The position numbers and the translations under genes are program-made. A stretch of DNA of 64,000 nucleotides from Octopus bimaculoides (Eukaryota), in the NCBI RefSeq assembly GCF_001194135.2, contig NC_068981.1, positions 80,787,473 to 80,851,472 of the forward strand. Direction: 5' to 3'. Below, piece by piece: positions 40,976 to 51,538 of the stretch. Positions within the stretch are counted from its first letter, which is position 1, and each line of letters starts with the position of its first letter. Below the pieces are notes generated by a model. That model was not told where the DNA came from. It saw only the letters and a list, made by a program, of their open reading frames with translations, and did not search any database.

Positions 40976-41555
40976 NNNNNNNNNNNNNNNNNNNNNNNNN
41001 NNNNNNNNNNNNNNNNNNNNNNNNNNNNNNNNNNNNNNNNNNNNNNNNNNNNNNNNNNNNNNNNNNNNNNNNNNNNNNNNNNNNNNNNNNNNNNNNNNNN
41101 NNNNNNNNNNNNNNNNNNNNNNNNNNNNNNNNNNNNNNNNNNNNNNNNNNNNNNNNNNNNNNNNNNNNNNNNNNNNNNNNNNNNNNNNNNNNNNNNNNNN
41201 NNNNNNNNNNNNNNNNNNNNNNNNNNNNNNNNNNNNNNNNNNNNNNNNNNNNNNNNNNNNNNNNNNNNNNNNNNNNNNNNNNNNNNNNNNNNNNNNNNNN
41301 NNNNNNNNNNNNNNNNNNNNNNNNNNNNNNNNNNNNNNNNNNNNNNNNNNNNNNNNNNNNNNNNNNNNNNNNNNNNNNNNNNNNNNNNNNNNNNNNNNNN
41401 NNNNNNNNNNNNNNNNNNNNNNNNNNNNNNNNNNNNNNNNNNNNNNNNNNNNNNNNNNNNNNNNNNNNNNNNNNNNNNNNNNNNNNNNNNNNNNNNNNNN
41501 NNNNNNNNNNNNNNNNNNNNNNNNNNNNNNNNNNNNNNNNNNNNNNNNNNNNNNN

Positions 41556-41597
<42 letters not shown>

Positions 41598-41789
41598 AGA
41601 TGAAAGGAAAAACAATGATTATGTTATGTACTCCATTAGCTTACACCTGTTTGTCCTATAAGGTGCAGTGGACTTTTAGTTGAGTGCTTGAATAACATCG
41701 TATACCTTCAGCGATATATCTATCTATCTATCTATCTGCATGTATGTATGTATGATGGACTCTCCCATCGAAGACGATGTATAAGTGTT

Positions 41790-41960
41790 CGGCTTTTGCC
41801 GAGCGACCTGCGCAAATGTGTTGTTTATAGTAATCAAAATATTTGTGCTGCATCAAATCAGAACAACGTGAGATGAAGTGATTTTCTCAAGAACACAACG
41901 CACCACCCGGTCTAAGAATTGAAACCACGATCTCGTGATCGTGAGTGCAACACCTTACTC
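41790..41960 (-). mobile_element. Diverged tRNA-headed SINE
   Basis: Reverse complement of a head related to 5712-5900. Confidence 0.55.
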
Positions 41961-42192
41961 CCCTCCACACACACACATGTATGTCCTTATAAGTACGGAT
42001 TCATATTTTGACTATCGTTGAATGATTATGTAGAAGTGATTGTGAACGTCTGTGGAAGTATGTATTTATGTATGCATATATTTTCTTCTGGTTTTATTTC
42101 TCTCCAAAAAGAGTCGCTCTTAAATCCAGAGACAAGGTCTTTTCAATGGAATTTAAGCAACAACCACTGCATAGTCATATGAGTATTAAATA

Positions 42193-42385
42193 AGGCGGCG
42201 ACCTAGCAGAATCGTTAGCACGCCGGAGAAAATGTTTAGCGGCATTTCTTCCGGCTTTATGTTCTGAGTTCAAATTCCGCCGAGGTTGCTTTGGCCTTTC
42301 ATCTTTTCGGTGTTGATAAAATAAGAACTTGTTGAGGACCGAGTGGATGTAATCGACTATTCCTCTCTTCTAAAATTTGAAACTG
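42193..42385 (+). mobile_element. SINE C (intact target site)
   Basis: GGCGGCGACCTAGCAGAATCG...AAATGTTTAGCGGCATTTC. Confidence 0.85.
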
Positions 42386-42989
42386 TGTGTGTGTGTGTGT
42401 TTGTACATGAATACATACCATTGAATGTATAAATCTACATATCTTGATTTGTGCATGTGTGTGTTTGTGTGGACGTAGCATGATCGAATAGTTAAAACGT
42501 TCACTTGGAAACCACGATGACCTGGGTCCCGTCTTAGGGCATGGCGTTTTAGAGAAGTGTCTTTTACTGTATCATCTGGAAACATACTTTGTGATTGAAA
42601 TTGAGGAAACGGAATCCGTGCAGAAAGCCATCGGTTGGATTGTACCTGCAATTCAAAGGACCAGTCTTATCAAATACTGTCACTTTAACTTTGCTTGAGA
42701 ATTAAGTTAATGGGACAAATTGCCGAATAGGATACGAAGAACTAAAAACACGATGTGGTATAGATATTATGGAGAACAGGCGAAAAGGCAAGCGATGTCA
42801 CTTGATGGGGCAGGTAACATCACTTCCATTTCTCATTTTTTCATTCTTTCATATTACCATTCCTTATTTTAATTTTTCTTCTGATTTCATCTTTTTGTAT
42901 TTTTAGTTCCCCGAGTTTGGGTTTGTTGCGTTTGTGTTGTCTTTATTGTTGTAATGTTCGACGGAGGATTCTTTGTATCGCCCTTTATA

Positions 42990-43420
42990 GGTAATTAAAA
43001 AATCGATCCCAAAATCTAATAAGTTCGTGCCAGTCACGACGCCAAACATCCCTGAAAGTTTCTTTCATTTTATGGTTAATATGCACCACCACATCATGTA
43101 GATTCTTAATCATAAATCTGTCTGGCAGTGTATAATTCTGCACCAAATCTTCCTGGAAGAGCCTATGTGTCAACAAGTCAACTTAGTGCAACATGTTTCT
43201 CCACAAGTCATTTTTTTTTCTTTTAGTCTGTCTTTCTAGACTTTTAACAGCTGAAAACCACAAGTATGTGAAAAAAGTGAACTCAAGTAGTTCGACTGGG
43301 TATCGAACCTGCATTGCTAATTCATTTGATGTGAACTTGAAAGGAGAGGGACTATTCTGCAGTATCTGCTCCATCGACATATGACCCATTGATAATTGTT
43401 TGAAATACATGATTTACTCT
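42990..43420 (-). pseudogene. Possible hAT (Charlie/Buster-type) transposase relic
   Basis: Across frames: SPF...LAMQVRY, CRIIHCQ (CxxH-like), NLHDVVVHIN; by-eye similarity only. Confidence 0.35.
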
Positions 43421-45770
43421 GTGCGCAGTATGAAACAAACCAAGCAGCCAGTTCTGATATAAATATATCTCTAAGTAACGCATATTTATAAAGGATTTAT
43501 TATCTGCAACTGGGTGAATGTACGTAAATCACTTCAACAAAATCCTATTATACTGAATGTAGTTCATAAGGCATCTAGTGTGTCTATTATTTTATTTGTT
43601 TACTGCATGTGCTTGACTCAGTTAATCTTACCCAACCCTTCCTGAAGAGTTTCTTATTGTAAAGCACGCAGACAAGACATTTTTGTATCTGTAGGCGTAT
43701 AACAATGCTGTTGAAATTAATATAAAGAACTATGATTGTTATAACATCATAAAATAATACGAAAAATTTCATGAATTTTTCTTTATTTCCGCTAACTTTC
43801 TTCTGGGACACCATATGAGAACGCGTTCATCTAAAATTACCATTTTCGGACAACCATTGATATAATTGTATAAAACTAGGATGATTTTAATTAAATATGC
43901 ATTACTCTTTTCAAAAAAATTTTATTGTCAATGTCAGATAAATATTTAAAATAAACCCTAATATAATCCAAAAGAAATACTAATATAATCTTAATCCTAC
44001 AGAAAGAAATCTTAATATACAAAAACTAACAAATTTTATTATTAAAGGACCAGTTCATTTTCTTGGTAATTACAAGGAAAAGATACGTGTATAGTAAATT
44101 ATCGTTAGAATTTGTCAACGAAGCAATAGTTTTATTTATAAAATGACAAGTTTCCTTTGAGAAAATATCTAAAACTGTACACGACGACGAAATGTAGCAT
44201 AAGCAAATCAGAAATGAAGTTGTAGTTTATAGTAAGAACAATATACTATTTATATTTTATATGTATTTCGGGTTAATCAATCACAAAAACGTGACAAGTA
44301 ATTAACTCTTATCATATAGTATTTCTTAAACGAAAATTGAAACATTTAATTTCCATATTATTAAATATTTAAATATGTGTTAAAAGTAGGCAGCTGCTTT
44401 ATTTTCAAGCTGTTAAGTCGAATAAGTATAAAAAAAGTCATATTTCATTTCATATGATGTTCCTTTTATCGGTTTATTTTAGTGTTCCTTGATTTTTTAA
44501 ACTTGTTATTAGAATGTGTCAAGCGCCCTGTGGCTACGGGAAACTAGTTAATGTTGAAAAGACCATAAAATATTCAGCAGGGACATGAAATCGAGATGTA
44601 ATAACCTTGGAAACAGTGTGAGGAGTAGCCTAATTCAGCATCGGTCGTTAATTCTTTTACGCCTGTAATTTACTTCTATCCCTGTAGTTTTCGTTTGCTT
44701 CTCGTTGCATGACATATCTTACGATAATTCTGCTTGTCATTGCGTTACTTGGCTCGTCGGTAACGCATACACGTGATAAGAGAAAAAGTGACAGAGAAGC
44801 GTCCATGACGTGAGGTAGAGGGAATATAATTGTAATGCTTTCACGTGGTTAATTGAAAGGTAAGAGAGGAGAAAGAAAAAGTAGAGAGAAAAAGAAGATA
44901 AGGCGAAGAGTGAGACAGAAAGAGGGGGAAAAGACAAAGAGGGAGGGAGAAGAGTCCATGACGTAAGGTAGGGGGAATGTAATATTTATTACGTGGTTAA
45001 AAAAAGTTAGTTGAAGGCAGAGGAGGAAAGTTGAAGATATAATTTTAGCAGAGAGGTGATGTTCTGATGGTGAGGTTAAAGAAAGGCACAGAGAGAGAGA
45101 GAGGGGGGTGAGAGATGATGGTGGTAGTGAATGGACAGTGAAAAGTGCATTTTTTTTTATTGAATTAAGTTTTTTTTTTATGTCACCTATCAGTTAACGC
45201 ATGCGCATAAGTGCAATTCTGTGAAATATTCACGCTTATTTACGTGGCAGACATATGCAATTTAACTAGAGGTCGTATCATATATACGGCGATATTTTTT
45301 TGTTTATGGGGAAAAATAAGAGTGAATATTTATTTTATGAGTGTTGTGTATTAAGTCTATAAAATTGTGCATAAAGTATATAAAGTGTATATATAAAGAA
45401 CATTAAGTAATCATCGCATTCCAATTTCTTTAACTTTTCAACGAGTAGCAGATGAGTGACTATCTTTCCATACAGACACAACACAGGCTACGCTTTCAAG
45501 TTTTTTTGATAGAGTTTTCAGAAATAATCCAATAGTAGGAAATTTATGTATAAATTCATTTATTTATTCGAATAATGAATGTGAAGATATATGTAGAAAT
45601 ATAGAATAACAGACAAACAAAAAGAGTCTGACAAGTGAAGTGTGAGGCCTGGCTTAAACAGCAGCACGAATATTTTTATACATCTCATGTCACTAAAATC
45701 AATGATTGTTCATTTCGATGAACTACATTATTTTATTGAAAATATTTTATCCAATATTTTGTTACTGATT

Positions 45771-45818
45771 GGGCGGCGAGCTGGCAGAATCATTAGCCCG
45801 CCGGGCGAAATGCTTAGC
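45771..45818 (+). mobile_element. SINE C 5' head (host of E2)
   Basis: GGGCGGCGAGCTGGCAGAATCATTAGCCCGCCGGGCGAAATGCTTAGC, then an abrupt switch to non-SINE sequence. Confidence 0.88.
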
Positions 45819-47498
45819 TGTGAAGTTAATACGCGAGTTTATGCTGAATAGTTTATTGAATTGTTGCGATTGTTGATTGAATCGTTGTTTAATTGTTGCC
45901 GTTGTTGATTCGTTAATTATTTTTTGTTTCCCCATTGTGGGGAAAAATGGAGAAGGCGCCGGAGGCAGGCCCCAGTTATGCAGCCGCAACGAGCAAGGGA
46001 GTAGACGTGCAAGAATTGGAGGTCCGAGAAATAAGTGGAGTCCAGAAAGATGGAGAGTGAAAAATTAATCACTAAGGAAGGTAATATTCTGCAGCTAACG
46101 TCACCGGAAGAGTTATCGGCCAAAGTGTTAAAACGAACGGTAACATTTAAAGCCATGAAGACAGCCACGAGGAAAATAGAGATTGCGCTGATAGAAGCCA
46201 TAGAGGAATGTATAAAGGAATTGAAAAGAGTTACAACATACGTTACGAGAGGGAAGAGATATGTCACTGTGGAGGTGCGCTTCACAACGGAGGAGGATGC
46301 AATAAAGCACTCCACAGAGGCAATAAGGACAGAGGAATGGGTGCTCTTGCCTTCGTACTGCGGCAAACGTGTGGCCAAAGTGCGAATGGGTAGGGTGCCA
46401 CCCGAATTAAAGGAAGAATGACTAATGACAGCCATAATATATAATATGAAAGACGAAGATTCTGAAGGCTACAAGGATCCAGAAGGTGAACTATTGGGGA
46501 TATGGTATCATTTAACGATTCAGGCAACAACGGAGGACTTGAATAGTGTGGCGGATGAGATTGTGCTGCTAGAAGATGTGAAGCTGAGTGCTATTGTGGA
46601 GGGTAGGCCGCCAGTATGTTTCTCATGTGGAGAAAGGGGCCACATAAAGGCATGGTACACCCAAAGAAAGCCACAAACAGAAAAAGAAGAGAGACATGAG
46701 AGTGTGGACCAAGTAGTGCAGGACAAGGCAACAGAAAAAGAAACAGAGTAGGATTTCACTATAGTTAAAAAGAAAAGGAGGAGCGGAGGAATGAGTTCTC
46801 CGCCAGAGAAGCAGAAAAAAAAGAGAGAGAAGAGGTGAGAAAAGAAACTGTGAAGGAGAGTAGCGGGAAGTAAAAAGAAAGTGGAGTTACCAGTGGAGAA
46901 AGCGTCGGAAACCCAACTGCAAGAAGGTGAGATGGAGAGACTATTTATGGAGGAAGAAAAGAGAGAACCAAAAGTCCAAGAGAAAGGAAATAAGATACGA
47001 GGAGGAGAAGGAGTATGGTAATACGTAACGTACTCCAAAAATGTTGAAACAGAGAAAAAAATAATCAAGTTACACTCAATAGTAAGAGTGAAGGTGCCTT
47101 CATACGTCTACGCAGAGGATATGAAGGCAATATTGATAGAAGAGGAAAACTACAGAAAATTGAAAGAGATGTGTGGAGATAACGTTGACCCGCCAGGAGT
47201 GGAGGTGGAATTTAAAGAGTTGCCACCAGTGGTGAATATAAGAGATATCGAACCACTAATGAAGTTCTACTAAAGACAAAAAAGTATGAAATTAAAGGAA
47301 AAATAAAGAACAATTGTAAATGGTACATATAACGGTTCTAATGGTACTGCATGGGAGTGGGGCCCATGCGTCCATTTTCATTTTTATATAACTTTCATTT
47401 CATTTACATTCGTTTTATGTTTTTTGTGTCCACTGTGGTCTTGTCTGTCCTTCTGGTGTCCCCATCTATGTTTAGGATTTTATGCCTAATAAAGAAAT
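45819..47498 (+). mobile_element. E2: 1.68-kb ORF1-only Tx1-like element inserted in SINE C
   Basis: TTG-rich 5'UTR, a single ORF1 relic, T-rich 3'UTR ending TGCCTAATAAAGAAAT, then CGGTATTTCGTC (SINE resumes). Confidence 0.88.
45947..47273 (+). pseudogene. ORF1 of E2 (RRM-like region, CCHC knuckle, basic linker, C-terminal domain)
   Basis: MEKAPEAGPSYAAA... then track ORFs 46035, 46425 and 47088, all in one frame and separated by in-frame stops; EGRPPVCFSCGERGHIK knuckle. Confidence 0.87.
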
Positions 47499-47686
47499 CG
47501 GTATTTCGTCAGCCGTTACGTTCTGAGTTCAAATTCCGCCGAAGTCGACTTCGCCTTTCATCCTTTCGGAGTCGATAAATTAAGTACCAGTTACGCACTG
47601 GGGTCGATGTAATCGACTTAACCCCTTTGTCTGTCCTTGTTTGTCCCCTCTATGTTTAGCCCCTTGTGGGTAATAAAGAAATAAGA
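47499..47686 (+). mobile_element. SINE C 3' half with Tx1-type tail (host of E2)
   Basis: Ends TTGTCCCCTCTATGTTTAGCCCCTTGTGGGTAATAAAGAAATA. Confidence 0.9.
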
Positions 47687-47897
47687 ATCGTTAGACGCCG
47701 GGTAAAATGTTTAGCGGTATTTCGTCTGCCGTTACGTTCTGAGTTCAATTCCGCCGAAGTCGACTTCACCTTTCATCCTTTCGGAGTCGATAAATAAGTA
47801 CTAGTTACGCACTGGGGTCGATGTAGTCGACTTAATTCCTTTGTCTGTCCATGTTTGTCCCCTCTGTTTAGTTCTCTGTGGGCAATAAATAAATATG
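47687..47897 (+). mobile_element. Second tandem SINE C with Tx1-type tail, lacking the first ~14 nt
   Basis: Starts AGAATCGTTAG; target hairpin intact; ends GTGGGCAATAAATAAAT. Confidence 0.9.
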
Positions 47898-48328
47898 TAT
47901 TTTATTACTGACTCACATAGAATATTATCTGCTTTGAGTGAAGTTTAAGTTTTATTTATTTATATATTTTGACACGAAACAAACAGACTGTATTTCCTGT
48001 AGCTTGATTCCGTCGGATGCCAATCTCTCTCTCTCTCTCTATCTATCTCCCCCTCTTTCTATATTTCTTCCTAGCACGCACGTACGCACGCACGCGCACA
48101 CAATAAGAACTACCCATAAGAGTAGACGAAGTCGTTTGCCTGGCTGACGATACAGAAACCTCGCAGTTCAAGCAAAGGGACTGCACAGAAATTGTTCAAT
48201 AGCATCACAGGCTAACGGCACATAGTTTATACTGGTTTCTTTTGACGGCAGAAAAGAAAGCAATACAGGAATTTATCATGTTTGCCTTTCATATAGTCAT
48301 TAGATGCATAATGTGTATTGAAATGCGA

Positions 48329-48370
48329 GGCGGCGAGCTGGCAGAAACGTTAGCACGCCGGACGAAATGC
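48329..48370 (+). mobile_element. SINE C 5' head (host of E3)
   Basis: GGCGGCGAGCTGGCAGAAACGTTAGCACGCCGGACGAAATGC, preceded by the TSD copy AATGTGTATTGAAAT. Confidence 0.9.
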
Positions 48371-48455
48371 CTCGTGAGTTCACTGGTCGGACGTGTTATT
48401 ACTCGCTGCGATTTTTTTTTATTAACGCCACTATTTTTTGGTGGGCGTTGCTGAG

Positions 48456-49298
48456 ATGGAGAAAATGAAGACGTATGCAGCAGCGACGGGGAGTCGAGCT
48501 TCCGTCGTCCCGGGCCTGCTGAAGCAATATGAAATACATTGGAATGAAGACATGGCTGAGAAAATTGAAAAATATAAAGAAATGATAAAGAAGGAGGGGC
48601 CAAACGTAAAGTTGACCCCATCAGAGGAGGAAAAGACGAAAATGGAAATTGGAATCGTGGAGTATAAATCCTTTTCAAGGAAAAATAATAGAATAGAGAG
48701 TGCAACGAAGGAGGAGGTGGAGGAGTGTTTGAAGGAATTGGAAGAAGATGTGTTGTTTTTTACAAGAGGCAAGACATACGCGTCTGTAGAAATAACATTT
48801 GTATCAGAGGAGGCAGAAAATAAATACGCCAATAAAACACTAGCCAATGGAAATTGGATGCTCTTTCCTAATAAGTTGGGTAGATGTCCAACGTGGATTA
48901 GAGTGGGTAGGATCCCACCGAAAATAGAGTTGGAATGGGTAATGGCAGCAGTTTTTCCTGAAAGAGAAGATGTAAGGATAATTATGATAAGCAGAACCCA
49001 AAAAATAAACTGTTGGGGGTATGGATTGAATGTGCTTTTTATAGCAAGTCAGAAAGTTTATAGTGACATACCGGAGACACTGGAGCTGCCTAACGAGGAC
49101 AAAATGGACATAATGTTGGAGGGGAGACCTCCAAAGTGCTACGAATGTGGCAAAAGAGGTCACATTAGAAGAAGGTGCCCAGAAATAATGGACAACAAAG
49201 AAATGGAAACGCAAGAAGACGTGATAGAGGAGAGGAAACAGTCACAGGAAGAGGAGCAGATAACTGATTTTGAGGAAGCTAAATCAAGGAAGAGATAA
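48456..49298 (+). CDS. LINE ORF1-like (gag-like) CCHC zinc-knuckle protein of E3, 280 aa to a premature stop
   Basis: Open from ATG 48456; LEGRPPKCYECGKRGHIRRRCP is CX2CX4HX4C; aligns block by block with the E1 and E2 proteins. Confidence 0.8.
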   Translation: MEKMKTYAAATGSRASVVPGLLKQYEIHWNEDMAEKIEKYKEMIKKEGPNVKLTPSEEEKTKMEIGIVEYKSFSRKNNRIESATKEEVEECLKELEEDVLFFTRGKTYASVEITFVSEEAENKYANKTLANGNWMLFPNKLGRCPTWIRVGRIPPKIELEWVMAAVFPEREDVRIIMISRTQKINCWGYGLNVLFIASQKVYSDIPETLELPNEDKMDIMLEGRPPKCYECGKRGHIRRRCPEIMDNKEMETQEDVIEERKQSQEEEQITDFEEAKSRKR

Positions 49299-49938
49299 AG
49301 GAGTTCATCGCCGAAAGTCGAACAAGGGAAAAAATGCAAATCACAGGATCAAGTGGGATCACTGAGGAAAGACGATAATAGTAGCAGAACATTACCACAG
49401 AATCATACAGTCTCACAATCGCACAGACAGACAGATACACAGATGCATAAACGCACAGACATACATACACTCGGAAGCGAAGAAGATAACGCAGAGTTGC
49501 ACAGAACCTGAAAACACAAATACACAAACACAATATGCAGACTTACAGTCACACAAACATGCAGAATCACAGACAGATAAACACACAGATATACAGTCAC
49601 AAAGAAATATAGAACAGACGCATGGTAGTACAGAATCACAAAAACAAAAAAGAACAGACATACAGACGCAGGAGGTACATAGGAACGGCATATATTTGAT
49701 GTCATATCGATACACAGAAAAAATAGAGAAGATATTCAAAATAAAAGACATTGTCAAAGTGGACCTCTCGGACGGTTGCGATAAGGAAACGAGATGGATT
49801 TTAATAGAAAAAGAAGAGCATAAAAAATTAAAAGAGGCTTTCCCGACAGATATAAACCCACTGGGGCCCGTGGTGAATTTCGAACCCAGCGCTCCAGTGG
49901 TGAACTACGAAGAAATAAAAGATTATATGAAATGGTGA
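49299..49938 (+). pseudogene. Continuation of E3 ORF1: T/Q/H-rich linker plus conserved C-terminal domain
   Basis: Reads through after the stop (RSSSPK...), frameshifts near 49500 into the frame ending IVKVDLSDG...WILIEKEEHKKLKE...PVVNYEEIKDYMKW. Confidence 0.75.
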
Positions 49939-50177
49939 GTAGTTTTATTTTGGATAAATTATTGAGATAATTTTGAAAAGAACTATCGAAGACTGTGAAA
50001 GGAACTATTAAGAACTGTTGAAATAATTGAAATAACGCGGCCGCCCCGGGGTGGGGCTGGGGTGGCCGTCCCATCATCATTGTTTAATTTCATTGTTCCA
50101 TTCTATCATGTGTTAATTGTCCCCGCATGTGTGTATTGTCCCATCTGTGTTTAGCCCCTTATGGGTAATAAAGAAAT

Positions 50178-50336
50178 TGGTGTTTCGTCTATCTTCTGAG
50201 TTCAAATTCCGCCGAAGTCGACTTTGCCCTCTATCCTTTTGGGGTCGATAAATTAAGTACCAGTTTCGTACTGAGGTCGATCTAATCAACTGGTCCCCTT
50301 CTCAAAATTTCGGGCCCTTTGCCTAGAGTAGAAAAG
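50178..50336 (+). mobile_element. SINE C 3' half with alpha tail (host of E3)
   Basis: Ends GCCTAGAGTAGAAAAG, followed by the TSD copy AATGTGTATTGAAAT. Confidence 0.9.
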
Positions 50337-50650
50337 AATGTGTATTGAAATTCCTCCGAGCAGGAATTGAAACCTCGTCTCAATACCAGTCAGCTGATAA
50401 AATATTTATTGCTCTCAATTATTTTTTGACATTAAAGCTGCTCGCATGAGGCAATGAAATACGAGTCTCTATTCATCAGAATCGACGCCAAACTGTGTTA
50501 GTGAGAAGGCGTTAAACGGAAGGTGTGTAAACGCATATGACTGGCCTCTATTTTCATGTCATTCAATTGCACGAAAAAAATAAATAAATGAAATACAGAG
50601 ACGGTAACAGAAGTTTGAATCTAGCACATGGACCATTTAGTTTTTCTTCT

Positions 50651-51043
50651 TTTTTTTTTTTGTTGGCACTCCGTCGCTTACGACGTCGAGGGTTCCAGTT
50701 GGTCCGATCAACGGAACAACCTGCTCGTGAAATTAACGTGCAAGTGGCTGAGCACTCCACAGACACGTGTACCCTTAACGTAGTTCTCGGGGGATATTCA
50801 GCGTGACACAGTGTGACAATGCTGACCCTTTGAATTACAGGCACAAGAGAAACAGGAAGTAAGAGTGAGAGGAAGTTGTGGTGAAAGAGTACAGCAGGGT
50901 TCTCCACCATCCCCTGCCGGAGCCTCGTGGAGCTTTAGGTGTTTTCGCTCAATAAACACTCACAACGCCCGGTCTGGGAATCGAAACCGCGATCCTATGA
51001 CTGCGAGTCCGCTGCCCTAACCACTGGGCCATTGCGCCTCCAC
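50651..51043 (-). mobile_element. Full-length SINE family A with 12-bp TSD
   Basis: AGTTTTTCTTCT occurs at 50639-50650 and 51044-51055. Confidence 0.93.
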
Positions 51044-51191
51044 AGTTTTTCTTCTACCCTAACTCTAACCCTAGTTATCTCACAATTCTTGTACAAAAAT
51101 ACACTGCTCAATCATTAATCACAAGGATTTCTTTAACTACATTCGGTACCTTAATTTTATTCCATCCTTGTTATACATTCACTATCTAATG

Positions 51192-51538
51192 CAGGGATTC
51201 TCAACCATTTTTTTTACCTATGGACCCCTTTGACTACTAATTTATTCTGGTGGACCCCCATAACCATTCGAAGTTTAAAAACTAGTTTTCTCGAAACTTC
51301 TTTCAAAAATCCTATTTTGTTTTTCACACATTAACTTGTGTAGGTTGAACTATGTAAAATGTTAGAGAATGGAACCTAGCTGTTTCTTACAATATATATA
51401 TCAATACATACATCTAAAGCAAAATTTTTTTCGGGGTTCCTTAATATACTATTGTGGCTCCCCAATTTGTTATTTTGTTACATGGATCCCCAAAAATCTT
51501 ATATGGATCCTCAGGGGCCATGTGGACCCCGGTTGAGA
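51192..51538. mobile_element. hAT-type MITE (right end eroded)
   Basis: Starts CAGGGATTCTCAACC; ends GGACCCCGGTTGAGA; internal GGACCCC/GGGGTTCC subterminal motifs. Confidence 0.65.

Larger units (their letters stand above)
48371..50177 (+). mobile_element. E3: 1.8-kb ORF1-only Tx1-like element inserted in SINE C
   Basis: ORF1 plus 3'UTR ending GCCCCTTATGGGTAATAAAGAAAT, then TGGTGTTTCGTC (SINE resumes); no RT or endonuclease motifs. Confidence 0.9.

Noticed and set aside
48438-49298. Zinc-knuckle ORF as a host gene or LTR gag
   Set aside because: No introns, no LTRs, PBS, protease or integrase; it has a LINE-type AATAAA tail and sits inside a split SINE.
45917-49757. Antisense ORFs overlapping E2 and E3 (and 16276-17011 over E1)
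   Set aside because: Shadow frames of purine-rich coding strands, with no independent motifs.
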